Source: Fibrobacterales bacterium (GTDB lineage Bacteria > Fibrobacterota > Fibrobacteria > Fibrobacterales > JAOPTW01). From it: a stretch of 57,131 bases of DNA. This document shows, piece by piece, positions 1 to 10,960 of the stretch. A program made the translations under genes and the position numbers. The stretch is from positions 1 to 57,131 of the forward strand of contig JAOPTX010000013.1 of assembly GCA_051532055.1 (NCBI GenBank), given 5' to 3'. Under the pieces are notes generated by a model that saw only the letters and a list, made by a program, of their open reading frames with translations, searched no databases and was not told the origin of the DNA. Each line of letters starts with the position of its first letter. Within the stretch, counting starts at the first letter, position 1.

Positions 1-2
1 GC

Positions 3-476
3 ATTATAGAGTACCCAACGCTTCTGCAAGGTCAGGTCTTTTATACCCGCAAAACTCATAGAATTCAAACCATTCTCGGGTCGTGTGTTTCTCTTTTTAT
101 CCACTGTTCTATTCCTAAGTTTGCTATAGTATGCCACGCGGTGTATCCTACGAGAAAAAACAACAGTGATGTACGATACGTGGACGGTGCCATACACAGA
201 ATGCTTCACGAGCTTAAAAAAGCAGGCATCCCTCTTTCACACTGTACCGTTAAACTCTTTGGCGGTGCCTATACTCCAGGGAATAATTCTTCCTATGAAC
301 ACTCTATAGGATACCAAAATGCTGAAGTAGCCCAAAAGGTACTCAGTGAAGCAAATGTAATCATAGACACCCATGATGTGGGCGGTACTCAAGGACGTAA
401 ACTCATTTTTTGTACTGAATCCGGTAAAGTGTATCTCAAAAAAATTAAGAGGGAGATTGGTAATGGGTCAAAATAA
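3..476 (+). CDS. cheD: Chemoreceptor glutamine deamidase CheD (5' end outside window)
   Basis: The frame is open from position 3 and reads ...[15 protein letters not shown]...CHAVYP...RYVDGAI...VKLFGGA...IGYQN...[13 protein letters not shown]. TxLGSCV, KLFGGA and DVGGxxGR are CheD motifs. It overlaps the cheB start. Confidence 0.93.
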   Translation: MIEYPTLLQGQVFYTRKTHRIQTILGSCVSLFIHCSIPKFAIVCHAVYPTRKNNSDVRYVDGAIHRMLHELKKAGIPLSHCTVKLFGGAYTPGNNSSYEHSIGYQNAEVAQKVLSEANVIIDTHDVGGTQGRKLIFCTESGKVYLKKIKREIGNGSK

Positions 477-1533
477 AGTCAAAGTACTTATCGTAGATGA
501 TTCATCCGTTGTCCGTCAAACTCTGACCGAAGTGCTCTCTTCCGACCCCAACATTGAAGTCGTGGGGAGCGCCGCTGATCCCTATTACGCAGCTGAAAAG
601 ATGAAAACTATTGTTCCCGATGTCATAACCCTCGACATAGAAATGCCCCGTATGGATGGCCTCACCTTTTTATCAAAACTCATGTCACAGCATCCTATTC
701 CTGTAGTGATCTGTTCGAGCCTTGCAGAAGAAAACTGCGAGTCGACTTTTCGTGCACTCGAATATGGAGCAGTCGATATTATTACCAAACCGAAAGTAGG
801 AACCAAACTTTTTTTACAAGAATCAAGTATTCAAATTTGCGATTCAGTAAAAGCCGCCGCAGGAGTTGCGGTAAAAGCGCGACCTAAAAAGAAGCCCCCT
901 CAAAAGAAACTCACAGCAGATGCAGTGCTCCCCCCCGCAAAAACCAATGCAATGGTAAAAACAACTGAAAGGGTCATTGTTGTTGGAGCATCAACGGGTG
1001 GTACCGAAGCATTAAAAGTATTTCTTGAAGCACTCCCTCACAACTCTCCTGGAATTGTGATTGTGCAACATATGCCCGAAAAATTTACCCGAACCTTTGC
1101 CAATAGACTCAATGAGACCTGTAATGTCTTAGTAAAAGAAGCACAGGACAACGACACCGTTATCCCAGGGCAAGTACTTATTGCCCCTGGGGGATTTCAC
1201 ACCCTTATAAAACGGAGTGGTGCACGCTACTATGTCGAGGTCAAAGAAGGTCCTCTCGTTTCGCGGCATCGCCCTTCGGTTGACGTACTCTTTCGTTCAG
1301 CAAGTCGATATGTGGGTAAAAATGCAATCGCTGCTATTATGACTGGCATGGGTGATGATGGCGCTAAAGGATTGTTGGAACTAAAAGAGAGTGGTGCTTA
1401 TACCATCGCTCAGGATGAAGCGAGTTGTGTCGTTTTTGGAATGCCCATGCAAGCCATTAAACTCAATGCCGTCGACACAGTCATCCCTCTGGATAAAATT
1501 GCGGGAGAGGTTATTAAACAGGCGAGTAAATAA
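463..1533 (+). CDS. cheB: Chemotaxis response regulator protein-glutamate methylesterase CheB
   Basis: N-terminal REC domain (VLIVDDS, TLDIEMP, KP) plus a methylesterase domain with GASTGG, QHMP and TGMGDDGA catalytic motifs. ATG 463 follows a GGAG RBS. Confidence 0.97.
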   Translation: MGQNKVKVLIVDDSSVVRQTLTEVLSSDPNIEVVGSAADPYYAAEKMKTIVPDVITLDIEMPRMDGLTFLSKLMSQHPIPVVICSSLAEENCESTFRALEYGAVDIITKPKVGTKLFLQESSIQICDSVKAAAGVAVKARPKKKPPQKKLTADAVLPPAKTNAMVKTTERVIVVGASTGGTEALKVFLEALPHNSPGIVIVQHMPEKFTRTFANRLNETCNVLVKEAQDNDTVIPGQVLIAPGGFHTLIKRSGARYYVEVKEGPLVSRHRPSVDVLFRSASRYVGKNAIAAIMTGMGDDGAKGLLELKESGAYTIAQDEASCVVFGMPMQAIKLNAVDTVIPLDKIAGEVIKQASK

Positions 1534-1651
1534 AGAGCTACCCATAAGAACTGCCTTACAACACAAACCCTTTTTAAAAATATTTCGTAAGCATCTACAC
1601 ACACACCCTCAATTAAGTATCTTTTCTCAATAAACACAATTGGGACATTGT

Positions 1652-2758
1652 ATGCATTATTTAAAACCTTCAGTTTTATCGTTATGCCTGGCGTTACTGG
1701 CAACTTCTTGTATTATTGATAGAGACATACCTGATACAGACTCAGAACTCTCTTCTTCTACTGCTGTTCTCTCTTCAGCACCTGAAATAGACCCTATACA
1801 GTCATCGTCACAGATAGTACCACGCCTTTCATCTTATTTGACACCAGATAGTGAGCAACCTTCGAGCTCATTTGGTACTCCACCATCTCAATCGTCAAGT
1901 TCATATATGAGACTATCATCATTTGCGCTTTCGTCTCAGGTAGCCATTCCTGTGTCATCATCACTCGTTCAGTCCGCCTCATCAAGCAGCAAAATTGTTC
2001 AGATTTCAAGTTCATCACTCGATGCTCCGGTAAGTTCATTTATCCCTGTGTCATCATCATCTCTTGATGCGCCATCATCAAGCAACCGCAGACGTTATTC
2101 ATCACGAACGCTCCACGATATTTGCCCATCAATACACGCCCCTGTCTGTGCCTACGACCCAACATATGGTACCATTGATACGTTACCTGTCTACCAATTA
2201 AAAGACAATGCCTGTATTGCCCGCCAAGAAGGCTTAAAAGTTACCGAAAACAAGTTCTGTGAAGACCTGTACAAATGTCCTAATATAGTCCATGCTTTCA
2301 TGGTTCGTGATGTACAACAATGCGAGCCTGGCTACTCCTTTAAAGCAATCAATGACGAGTGGGGCTGCGCCTCTAAAGGACTCTGTGAGAAAATAGCACC
2401 AAAGAATCAAACCCTTGTTTTGAATAAACTCCTGACCATAAAAGTAGGCGAAACCTTAATATCCCAGGATACTGACACTCAATTAACACTTGATTCATTA
2501 AAAGATTCTCGCTGCCCTAAAGGGGTCCAATGTATGCTGGCGGGTAATGCACAATTGTTCTTCACATTAACTGAAGGTACTCAAAAAGAATCTGTTGAAC
2601 TCAACACCGATAGAGTAATGGGTAATTTTAAACCTGCGCTCCAATACATACTTGTTCAAAAAGGCCTAGCCCCTTCAGCCCCTGATCTATTGAATCCCAT
2701 AATCAGCGATTATGAAGCAACGATTGCTATTGTACTCGACCGTGTTACCCATAATTAA
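1652..2758 (+). CDS. Lipoprotein with Ser-rich linker, Kazal-like Cys module and C-terminal DSRCP-type domain
   Basis: Lipobox LLATSC; long Ser-rich tract; CPSIHAPVCAYD...NACIA resembles Kazal; C-terminal DSRCPKGVQCMLAG motif. Confidence 0.75.
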   Translation: MHYLKPSVLSLCLALLATSCIIDRDIPDTDSELSSSTAVLSSAPEIDPIQSSSQIVPRLSSYLTPDSEQPSSSFGTPPSQSSSSYMRLSSFALSSQVAIPVSSSLVQSASSSSKIVQISSSSLDAPVSSFIPVSSSSLDAPSSSNRRRYSSRTLHDICPSIHAPVCAYDPTYGTIDTLPVYQLKDNACIARQEGLKVTENKFCEDLYKCPNIVHAFMVRDVQQCEPGYSFKAINDEWGCASKGLCEKIAPKNQTLVLNKLLTIKVGETLISQDTDTQLTLDSLKDSRCPKGVQCMLAGNAQLFFTLTEGTQKESVELNTDRVMGNFKPALQYILVQKGLAPSAPDLLNPIISDYEATIAIVLDRVTHN

Positions 2759-2769
2759 GGGACAGTGTA

Positions 2770-2815
2770 CAATAAAAAAGGCCATGACTTCATTGAGTCA
2801 TGGCCTTTTTTATTG
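2770..2815. terminator. Bidirectional rho-independent terminator
   Basis: Perfect 20-bp inverted repeat caataaaaaaggccatgact-N6-agtcatggccttttttattg between convergent genes. Confidence 0.9.
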
Positions 2816-2845
2816 GAACTTTTCACACATAAAAACAGTACGTAT

Positions 2846-3295
2846 CTACCGCATAATCTTAGTGAGCAACCGATCAAGTTGATTGGCGAATTTTTGTTTA
2901 TCCTTTGGCCCATAGGCGCTCGGTCCTCCCGTATCCATACCTTCGGTGCGCAGCTCGTCTAACAGATTGCGTACTCCAAGCCGCTGACCGATGTTGTTAT
3001 CATCAAGGAGCTCTCCCCGAGGGTCGAGAACAATCCCTTTCTTTTTGATAATCCGATCAGCCAATGGGATATCTGCAGTGATCACCACATCCCCTTCTTC
3101 CACCAGTTCTACAATTTTATCATCTGCTTCATCGGCACCAGCCGAAACAACAATACTCTCTATCAAGGTAGAAAGAGGTACACGCATGTAACTATTTGCT
3201 ACCAGAACCAAAGAAAGAGCACGCTTGTCCGATACTCTATACAGTATCTCTTTGACTGGTTTGGGGCAGGCATCTGCATCAACATAAATTTTCAT
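2846..3295 (-). CDS. YaiI/YqxD family (DUF188) PIN-like protein
   Basis: MKIYVDADACP, GADEADDKI, VITADIPLA and GGPSAYGPKDKQKFANQLD are characteristic of UPF0178. Confidence 0.92.
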   Translation of the reverse strand: MKIYVDADACPKPVKEILYRVSDKRALSLVLVANSYMRVPLSTLIESIVVSAGADEADDKIVELVEEGDVVITADIPLADRIIKKKGIVLDPRGELLDDNNIGQRLGVRNLLDELRTEGMDTGGPSAYGPKDKQKFANQLDRLLTKIMR

Positions 3296-3347
3296 TCTGT
3301 TCCACTCTCTAATAATGTGTTAAAAATAGCAAAGAGTCTATCACTCT

Positions 3348-3548
3348 TTACTGCTTTTTTACGCTTCTGTATGAGACATCTATAACATTAGCGGAATCAA
3401 CGGGTACCGCACTCATTTTGCGTGGCGTTCCTTCGACTACAAGCTCCGGGGTTACTTCTACAAAATCCACATCTTTCATTAACACCGTTCTAAAACCAAA
3501 AACGGTGACCATAAGTAAGGTAACGGGCAATACTAATTCAATAAACAT
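3348..3548 (-). CDS. Small single-pass membrane protein (66 aa)
   Basis: Strong RBS GAGGAG 6 nt upstream of the ATG; hydrophobic N-terminus; no overlap with other plausible genes. Confidence 0.6.
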   Translation of the reverse strand: MFIELVLPVTLLMVTVFGFRTVLMKDVDFVEVTPELVVEGTPRKMSAVPVDSANVIDVSYRSVKKQ

Positions 3549-3762
3549 TATTTACTCCTCTATTGGGTATACTCATCCCCTATTGCAAATAGCGTACCAA
3601 CCCTCATTTACGGGTAAAAACGGGATTTTAAACACGTATTGTTCTGTAATAGTGCAGCGCTGCTCTCTATTCAATCACTCAATTGTATCACTATCCAATA
3701 CTCCAACTCCCCTAATAAATTTGTACACTTTATAGATACACCATTAAACCTATATTTGATTG

Positions 3763-4632
3763 ATGCAATCCACCATATTAATAACCGTTCTCTCACTTGC
3801 TGCCTTTGCCGCAAATTCAATACTGTGCCGGTTTGCACTCTCTGAACCCATCATTGATCCAGCCTCTTTTACCGCCATCCGCCTCATTTCAGGTGCAGTC
3901 ACCCTTGCAATCCTCATGCTTATTTCAACACCTCGTTCTCTTGGCACCACAATTGCATCATGTCGGGCACCGCGTTATTGGTTTGGCTCACTCTTTCTCT
4001 TCTCGTATGCCGCGCTCTTCTCGTATGCCTATCGTACCCTTGATACGGGAACCGGTGCACTGATACTCTTTGGCACTGTTCAATTAACCATGATTACCTT
4101 CACCCTCATTACCCAGCGCACTATTAAGCCAACGGTCTTGATAGGTACCCTCATAGCATTCTCTGGCCTGATCTATCTGGTTATCCCCACCGTTACAACG
4201 CCATCCCTCATGGGCTTTTTGGCAATGACTGGATCAGGTATCGCATGGGCACTTTACACCCTCTTGGGAAGCCGATCTAAAAATCCTCTCCGCGACACGA
4301 CCATCCAATTCACGCTCACGATTCCTTTGTGCATTGCACTTCTTGCCATTATGCCTCTTACTACACCAGCAACAACTTCTGGCGTTCTCGCTGCCATTGC
4401 TTCAGGTTCACTCGCCTCTGGAATTGGGTATGCTCTATGGTACCGAACACTCCCCCATTTAACATCAACCACTACAGGAGTTGTACAACTGTCAGTTCCC
4501 ATACTAGCGAGCCTGGGTGGTATTCTCTTGCTTGGTGAACTGGTAAGTCTCAGATTAATCATTGCCTCTATTACAATTCTTGGTGGGATTTTCATAGTGA
4601 TTCAACCTTGGAAACAACGTTCTGCACTATAA
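3763..4632 (+). CDS. DMT/EamA family transporter
   Basis: About 10 TM segments; AFAANSILCRFAL, DPASFTAIRLISGA, ASGIGYALWY, QLSVPILA and LGE motifs. Confidence 0.9.
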   Translation: MQSTILITVLSLAAFAANSILCRFALSEPIIDPASFTAIRLISGAVTLAILMLISTPRSLGTTIASCRAPRYWFGSLFLFSYAALFSYAYRTLDTGTGALILFGTVQLTMITFTLITQRTIKPTVLIGTLIAFSGLIYLVIPTVTTPSLMGFLAMTGSGIAWALYTLLGSRSKNPLRDTTIQFTLTIPLCIALLAIMPLTTPATTSGVLAAIASGSLASGIGYALWYRTLPHLTSTTTGVVQLSVPILASLGGILLLGELVSLRLIIASITILGGIFIVIQPWKQRSAL

Positions 4633-4874
4633 AGAGGTTGTCGTTCTTTGTAATATTAAATTTACACGATGCTGTTCAAACCGATTTAATTACGCCATTT
4701 CTGCCTGTAAATAAAGGTTCATCGGCCATAGAGTCGGCTCCCCCGAATATCACGGTATCTGACACCGATACTCCCCACCAAGCGAGCGCTTACCCTGAGC
4801 AAGCAAAGCGGACCTGTTTCATTTTTGACTATCTTTACTATCTTTACTAGTCACATATATTACCTAGGTTTCGC

Positions 4875-6566
4875 ATGCTTAAACAACTATCAATACTCAT
4901 CGGGTTTCTCCTTTTTTGTGGAGTAACCATAGGCTGCTTTGACAGCACAACAACCGCACCTGAACCAATGGAACAAACGTCCATTAGTGACAGCCTGTTT
5001 GTGGCACTTCAAGATAGTATTTTGAATACTATCGCGAGTGATCAGCCTGCTCAGGATTCCCTCCATCAACTGGAAATTGATCGAGTGACCTTCTATTACG
5101 ACTCACTAATGAAGGCTCTTCCTCAACCGGTAACAACACCAGACGCAGATACCGTCCCTCCATTAAATATTGATAGCATCTTGAGTGCACAGCAACACGC
5201 ACTTGATAGTATTGCACACTTTTATAGCACGACTCAGTCTGCACAATTTGAAGCAGATGCTGATTCCCTTCTTTCTCATTTTACCGATTCCCTCAATCAA
5301 GTACACACAGAGCAACAGCAGTTGGTGTTGGATAGCTTACATGCATCACAAACGGCGCACCTTGATAGCCTTAAGGCAGAATACAATAGTGCTGTGGATA
5401 GTATCACCAAAGAGAATGGGAGTAATAGCGTTGATAGTCTTACGCTTGCGCAAGAGCACGCCCTTGATAGTTTGAACGTTTTGTTTGCGGCTGAAGTTGA
5501 TTCTATGAAGTCTACGGTGTATGATTCTATTTATAATGATGTTGTTGTGAAGTCAGCATCTCAATACATTCAGGTAAATTATGCATCTCCTCGTAAAAGC
5601 ATTTTAACATTCCTCTACCCTTACTATGATAGTGCATATAGTGCACGTCCAGAAAATGGTAACTTACTATCGGCCAGTATATCTAATCGTAACTATAGTG
5701 AATCATTTACGGTGATAACAACTGCTGAAGTTGTCGGAATTACTCGATCGTCTTCACAAACAATAGTTATTGATCCAAGAACAACAGAAACATTTGAACT
5801 CAATCCAGAGCTCATTAATGAAAACCTTCCACAATTACTCGCAACCAGAACTGAGCAAGTAAACGTAATCATTAAAGTCATAAAGAATGGTGGTGAGACG
5901 ACGATTCATTCTGAATCTTTTGATATAGAAGTGATCCCCCCCAATAGCTATACAGCAGGAGTAACAATACCCAACCCTCCCCCCCAACCATCTGACACAC
6001 TACATTTTGAAAACTATTTGGCAACCTGGGTTCAGTATTGGCTCCCAGAAATAGATTCATTAAAATCTGAAGCTGCACAGCTTCACCCTGATGGAACACT
6101 TGTAGGATACCAAACACCCGGAAATACTACACCTACCAAATCAATTGCACGTAACCAAGTGAAAGCAATCTATGAAGCACTGCAAGCACGGGACATCGCT
6201 TATATTGATAATACATTCTCACCTAATACGACACAAAGTATTAAATACCCCAACCAGACTCTAAAAACTAAGGCCGCCAACTGCATTGATGGTACAGTAC
6301 TTTTTGCTGCTGCCCTTGAAGATATTGGCCTTGAACCAGTCATCATGCTACTTCCCAGTCACTCTATTGTAGGTTGGCGCACTTGGACTAACAATAGTGA
6401 AATCGAATATATTGAGACGACTTATACATGGTCAAGTAATAAAACCAGTTTTGAAGATGCTTTAGCAAAGGGTAAAACCCAATCCGAGAGGGATACTACT
6501 GAGATCATTGATGTGTATAACCTTCATAAGTCAGGGATTAATGCGCTTTCTGTTGAAATGCCTTAG
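4875..6566 (+). CDS. Lipoprotein with helical stalk, Ig-like region and C-terminal transglutaminase/papain-like domain
   Basis: Lipobox VTIGC; repeated LDSL/IDSL helical units; C-terminal VKAIYEALQ...IKYP...ANCIDGTVLFAAALE...PSHSIVGW...IETT (putative Cys-His-acid triad). Confidence 0.7.
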   Translation: MLKQLSILIGFLLFCGVTIGCFDSTTTAPEPMEQTSISDSLFVALQDSILNTIASDQPAQDSLHQLEIDRVTFYYDSLMKALPQPVTTPDADTVPPLNIDSILSAQQHALDSIAHFYSTTQSAQFEADADSLLSHFTDSLNQVHTEQQQLVLDSLHASQTAHLDSLKAEYNSAVDSITKENGSNSVDSLTLAQEHALDSLNVLFAAEVDSMKSTVYDSIYNDVVVKSASQYIQVNYASPRKSILTFLYPYYDSAYSARPENGNLLSASISNRNYSESFTVITTAEVVGITRSSSQTIVIDPRTTETFELNPELINENLPQLLATRTEQVNVIIKVIKNGGETTIHSESFDIEVIPPNSYTAGVTIPNPPPQPSDTLHFENYLATWVQYWLPEIDSLKSEAAQLHPDGTLVGYQTPGNTTPTKSIARNQVKAIYEALQARDIAYIDNTFSPNTTQSIKYPNQTLKTKAANCIDGTVLFAAALEDIGLEPVIMLLPSHSIVGWRTWTNNSEIEYIETTYTWSSNKTSFEDALAKGKTQSERDTTEIIDVYNLHKSGINALSVEMP

Positions 6567-6582
6567 GCTTCTTTGGAAGGTC

Positions 6583-6617
6583 ATTGCGCCTTATAACATT
6601 AAAGTATAGGGCACAAT
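6583..6617. terminator. Probable terminator hairpin between convergent genes
   Basis: attgcgccttata-N9-tatagggcacaat, 11/13 complementary. Confidence 0.5.
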
Positions 6618-6623
6618 ATTTAT

Positions 6624-8714
6624 CTAATCTTTGACGCATCGTAAAGAATATTTTCGAGGAGTAAATGAAGTAGTTACTACAAATCGGTGATGACTTTTAT
6701 ATAAACTACTTCTATTACAACAACTCCCAATAACCCATTGTCCCTCTGGAAGATTAGAAACCCACCACCCCCCAATACTTCCAAAATGAACATATTCTGG
6801 TGGGTGTGCTAGCTTATAACTTGATTGCCCTGTAGAATCAATCACCTCAAAACGTTCATTCGTTCCTCCATCAAAATAGCCGGTTGGTCTAAAATCTAAT
6901 TCATATAGGTCACTATTACCTGTCATATCCCAGTAATCTGAAGAGCGGACATATTGTGCAATTGAGTCTGTACCTTGGCTTATACCAATGAATTCATTTA
7001 ATTCGTCCCATTCAGATTCACTGGGTACATGCCAACTATTGGGGCAAATACCTTGTACACCACTTGGATTAGTAGAAGAAGTATCCTGTCCATTGAGTAC
7101 TTCACCCAAATCATAGAGTCCACCATATTTTTCACAATTAATTAAAGAATCGTTATAACAACTTACATCTTCAGAATCATACATTAAATTATCAGTCATC
7201 CAAATTTGTTCACCAACTCTCACCCATCCATACTCTTTACTATCTCTTGAGTCCACAAAGGTTCCTTTATAATATTGAATATTCACATAGATTACTGTTT
7301 CACCAGTGCAATTGATACTTGGGGTCATTGATAAAGAGTCATCTATGGAACAGTTTTCTGGATTACTCTGATACCAATGGGTGAATTGATAATCAATAGG
7401 AACTTCTGGAAACGTGGATATCTGAAAGTTCTGCATATGAGATAATTGAACAGAATCAATAGTAGAGCTGTCTATGCTACTTTTAATTACAATGGGGTAA
7501 GAATTGAGCACCCACTGTGCATATAAAATTAGATCATTATGGGGCATTACCAATGAATTATTCCCCATTCCTGAATAGGCTAAACCAACGCCGGTACTAT
7601 CAGTATTCCAACCACTAAAGGTGTAATTGGTTTTGAAAAAATTATTTGAATTATCAGGAACAGCCACCTTTGTATCAGCATAATATTGAGCTGGGGCCAA
7701 AGGAACAACCCCTCCTTCATGGGTGTTACCATGAAATGATACAATATACTTAGGAAGTTCTTCCCACTTAGCATAGAGCGTTACATCGTTGGTGATAACT
7801 CCTGTTGTAAAATCCCAGAGGGTTAATACATAGGGTTCTAAATACCATCCTTTAAAAACATGACCATATTTAGTAGGTGCTGTCACGGGAGAATTAACTT
7901 TATTATTATACACAATACTTTGCGAGTCAATTACCGACCCCTCTTGAGAATCAAAATACACCATAAAGGCAATACTTTCAGAGCTGGATTCATTAACTCC
8001 TGTATAAGATGAACTACTCAATGCCCCTACCCCACTGCTCACCTCGCCAATAATCACATTACTTAAAGCACTTGATGAAACCTGAGGTTCCGCACGTTGA
8101 ATACTTTTTACATTAACCGTAATTGTATCAAAGACCTCAAAGTATCCATCAAAAACCCGTCCAACAACACTATAGTCCCCCGGTTCAGAGTACCGATATG
8201 ATCGTGTGTCGCTCAAGGTATCCTGCACTTTGAAAGAAAAGGAATAGAGTAATGTAGGTGAATCATCATCAACATTTGTTGTGATATTGATTAGGTCACT
8301 CACATAGATGGTGGTATCGGAACCAATAGTAAATCCAACAGGAGGTACATCTGGAGATACTGTGTAAACGCCCATTGTTTGAGGTTTGATTGTTTCTAAG
8401 GCCTTAGCGGTCACTAGCCCATTGTAGAATACAGTGGTAGTCACAACAGCATTTTCAAACCCATCAATGGGCACCGTGCTCAGATGTTTTTCACTATTTT
8501 TCATTACTGGCTCATGGAGAGAATGTAAAGTATCACTGTTGTTTGTGAAATACAAAACAATACTATCAGACTGTATCGTATTAAGCAATACTTCATAGGT
8601 AAAATATGATGTATTATCATTGTCAATAATTGTTGATTGTGTTTCTTCACCTGAAGCCCAGAAACAACTCGAAATAGTGAATAGAAATCCTAACGTAAGT
8701 AATTTATAGATCAT
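6624..8714 (-). CDS. Lipoprotein with PKD-like domain, two InlB-B/Listeria-Bacteroides repeats and C-terminal FISUMP (Fib_succ_major) domain
   Basis: Lipobox TISSC; PTKYGHVFKGWY...TLYAKW and YTFSGWNT...LYAQW repeats; GTFVDSRDSKEYGWVRVGEQIWMTDNL...YGGLY...GICPNSWHVPSESEW...YSLRCVKD. Confidence 0.88.
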   Translation of the reverse strand: MIYKLLTLGFLFTISSCFWASGEETQSTIIDNDNTSYFTYEVLLNTIQSDSIVLYFTNNSDTLHSLHEPVMKNSEKHLSTVPIDGFENAVVTTTVFYNGLVTAKALETIKPQTMGVYTVSPDVPPVGFTIGSDTTIYVSDLINITTNVDDDSPTLLYSFSFKVQDTLSDTRSYRYSEPGDYSVVGRVFDGYFEVFDTITVNVKSIQRAEPQVSSSALSNVIIGEVSSGVGALSSSSYTGVNESSSESIAFMVYFDSQEGSVIDSQSIVYNNKVNSPVTAPTKYGHVFKGWYLEPYVLTLWDFTTGVITNDVTLYAKWEELPKYIVSFHGNTHEGGVVPLAPAQYYADTKVAVPDNSNNFFKTNYTFSGWNTDSTGVGLAYSGMGNNSLVMPHNDLILYAQWVLNSYPIVIKSSIDSSTIDSVQLSHMQNFQISTFPEVPIDYQFTHWYQSNPENCSIDDSLSMTPSINCTGETVIYVNIQYYKGTFVDSRDSKEYGWVRVGEQIWMTDNLMYDSEDVSCYNDSLINCEKYGGLYDLGEVLNGQDTSSTNPSGVQGICPNSWHVPSESEWDELNEFIGISQGTDSIAQYVRSSDYWDMTGNSDLYELDFRPTGYFDGGTNERFEVIDSTGQSSYKLAHPPEYVHFGSIGGWWVSNLPEGQWVIGSCCNRSSLYKSHHRFVVTTSFTPRKYSLRCVKD

Positions 8715-9286
8715 AGAAATCCTTTCAGTGTGCTATAGGTAATGGATAGGCCTTTACGTTACTACTTGCCTATCATTATCATATCGATACAAATAATGAC
8801 TGAAATTATAGAAAAATATAGAGCAGTATACGGGAGTGAGAATCTAGGTGTATTTCGAATGTGATGATTGTCACTTTTTATATTAAAGAGTTGGCTAATG
8901 TTTAATCAGAACTACCTGAATTCAGGGATGGTGAGTACTTGATAGAAATAAGAGTTTGTAGGTATGGGGTCCTAATTTATTTTATCCTTAAAACGCCATG
9001 ATAAGATGTATGCATGCTACCAAATGACCACAAGTTCTACGATTTTCGGGTGAAAACTACCTATATTCTCCCCTAAGAAATAAATTTTACTAGAAGAGTA
9101 TAGGTGACATTGAGATTGTTTCTATGATGGGTGATACACAAACCATAACCTGGGCAGCTACGGTATTTCTGCACTTTTTTACCATTGCTCCGCAATACAT
9201 GCTTTCTACTATGTCTTGAGTAAATTCACTACTCACCGCAGTAACGGTAAGTGTACGCTTCCAACCTGTAATACGTTATTGGATTC

Positions 9287-10960
9287 CTACTCTTCGATCA
9301 TGCCTATAGGGCAGGATTCGCTCGGATCGTATATCACCATAGTCATAAATTCATTTGAGCATACCGTACCCGTTAATGAACATGCAGATACCGCAACAAG
9401 AGGGTCCTCTCCAAAAGGTTCCAACTCCCACCCAGCACTCATCATGGCACATCCAAAAACTTCTGAAGAAAAACAACGTGCATCTGACTCACAAATATTT
9501 GCTAACGAACTTTGCTCGGCGAAGTCACTTTCATATTCAAAAAAGCTGGGATTTCCATTGATATCAACCACCTGTACACTCACTGTAATGGATCCTGCGG
9601 CTATGTCATCTGCTGTGATAGTATAGTTGCTCTCTGACGCTCCCTCGATAGGGGTATATTCAGTTCCTCTGTACCACTGAAACACTGAAACTCCTTCGTC
9701 ATCTCCCTCAGGGTCAAAAAACTCGTATAGTGCCTCTACCGTTTCACCATCTTCAAAAGTTCCACTGATTATCAAGTTCCACAAAGCGGGATGGGTATAG
9801 GTTGCTTTTGCTACAGCACCTTCTAATTCTCCTGTTTGAGCAATAGGAATAACTGAAAAACTGAGTGACGTATATTTTCCTTCATTGACAAGAGAGTCGA
9901 TGAGCACTTCATAATCCATACTCTTAAAAATACTGTCCTCTGCTCCGGCTATTTCAAAATCATCAAAATACCATTGAAATCGTGTAGCTCCTTCGAGATC
10001 GTTATCACTATCTGAATAGGTGTAGGTTCCTCGGTATTCATACGTATCTTTGGAATAGGAAACTGACACACCGCCTGCAAGTGGTGCTCTATTGGGAATA
10101 GGAGCCGGAATAAGCATTGGGTGTAACGTACGGACCGGCAAACCAGCAAGGGGAGTCCCCTCTAATGCGATAGGAGTAATTTCAATACCGATCGATGTTC
10201 CCAAATCAGCCTCAGTAATACTATAGGTAATCGCTGTTTCCCCAGGAATTACAACACCATCTCTGAGCCACCGAAAGGTAGAGGTACCTTCAAGGCTGCC
10301 CTCAGGGTCTGAATAAGTATATTCCCCTCTCAGCACATCTCCCAGAGCGGTCGTGCCTGTAACCGCAACATTCTCTGCAATCGGAGCATGGTACCCAGAA
10401 ACTGTCAGTTGAACATAAGAGACCGTAAGGCCCGTTAGTTCAGTTCCTGTTTGGGCTACAGGGGTAATTTCAAAATGGAGTTTCGCATCTTTATCTTTGG
10501 GCCCTACCGTATATTCTCTACCGGTTACTTCTTCAACTGCCACGCCATTACGAAACCATTGCACTATCGTTGCCCCCTCCAAGTCACCCTCATTGTCACT
10601 ATATGTATATATAGCAATGATTAAGGCACCTGCTGATGGGTATCCCGCTACGTTAAGATCGGAGGCAACCGGAGCAGTTATTGTTGACGCTTGAGCGACG
10701 GCTGAACTACTCAGTACGTCCCCTTGCCCACTACTTGTTGCAACAAGTGCACTCGACATACCAACAGTAGGTACTGTGACACTTGAAATAGCAGGTACTG
10801 CAAGAGAAGATGAGGATAGTGTGCCCGTAGGTGTAGATGAACTACTCACTACAGCAATAGGGCCAATGTCAGAGGGAGCTGTTGTATCATTACATCCTAT
10901 CATTGAGAGAGCGAGTAGTGTGATGTGAAGGAGTACGAACGTACTATAGATATTTTTCAT
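9287..10960 (-). CDS. Lipoprotein with four tandem Ig-like (AIR9/A9-type) repeats and Cys-rich C-terminus
   Basis: Lipobox MIGC; Ser-rich linker; four copies of Y(T/E)(Y/F)xDx(E/D)xDxEGx(T/S)xx(Q/R)W with Y(T/S)(V/I)xxxD. Confidence 0.78.
   Translation of the reverse strand: MKNIYSTFVLLHITLLALSMIGCNDTTAPSDIGPIAVVSSSSTPTGTLSSSSLAVPAISSVTVPTVGMSSALVATSSGQGDVLSSSAVAQASTITAPVASDLNVAGYPSAGALIIAIYTYSDNEGDLEGATIVQWFRNGVAVEEVTGREYTVGPKDKDAKLHFEITPVAQTGTELTGLTVSYVQLTVSGYHAPIAENVAVTGTTALGDVLRGEYTYSDPEGSLEGTSTFRWLRDGVVIPGETAITYSITEADLGTSIGIEITPIALEGTPLAGLPVRTLHPMLIPAPIPNRAPLAGGVSVSYSKDTYEYRGTYTYSDSDNDLEGATRFQWYFDDFEIAGAEDSIFKSMDYEVLIDSLVNEGKYTSLSFSVIPIAQTGELEGAVAKATYTHPALWNLIISGTFEDGETVEALYEFFDPEGDDEGVSVFQWYRGTEYTPIEGASESNYTITADDIAAGSITVSVQVVDINGNPSFFEYESDFAEQSSLANICESDARCFSSEVFGCAMMSAGWELEPFGEDPLVAVSACSLTGTVCSNEFMTMVIYDPSESCPIGMIEE

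Noticed and set aside
373..462. Extended cheB N-terminus from the ORF track
   Set aside because: It overlaps the cheD coding region. ATG 463 has the RBS and starts the REC domain.
6624..6900. FISUMP C-terminus (and the DUF1566 fragment) as DGR variable regions
   Set aside because: These folds can be DGR targets, but I found no second near-identical copy, no AAY-rich template and no RT.
8720..9286. Long spacer with several hairpins and short open frames
   Set aside because: No recognisable RNA family or protein motif; the hairpins are consistent with ordinary terminators or chance.
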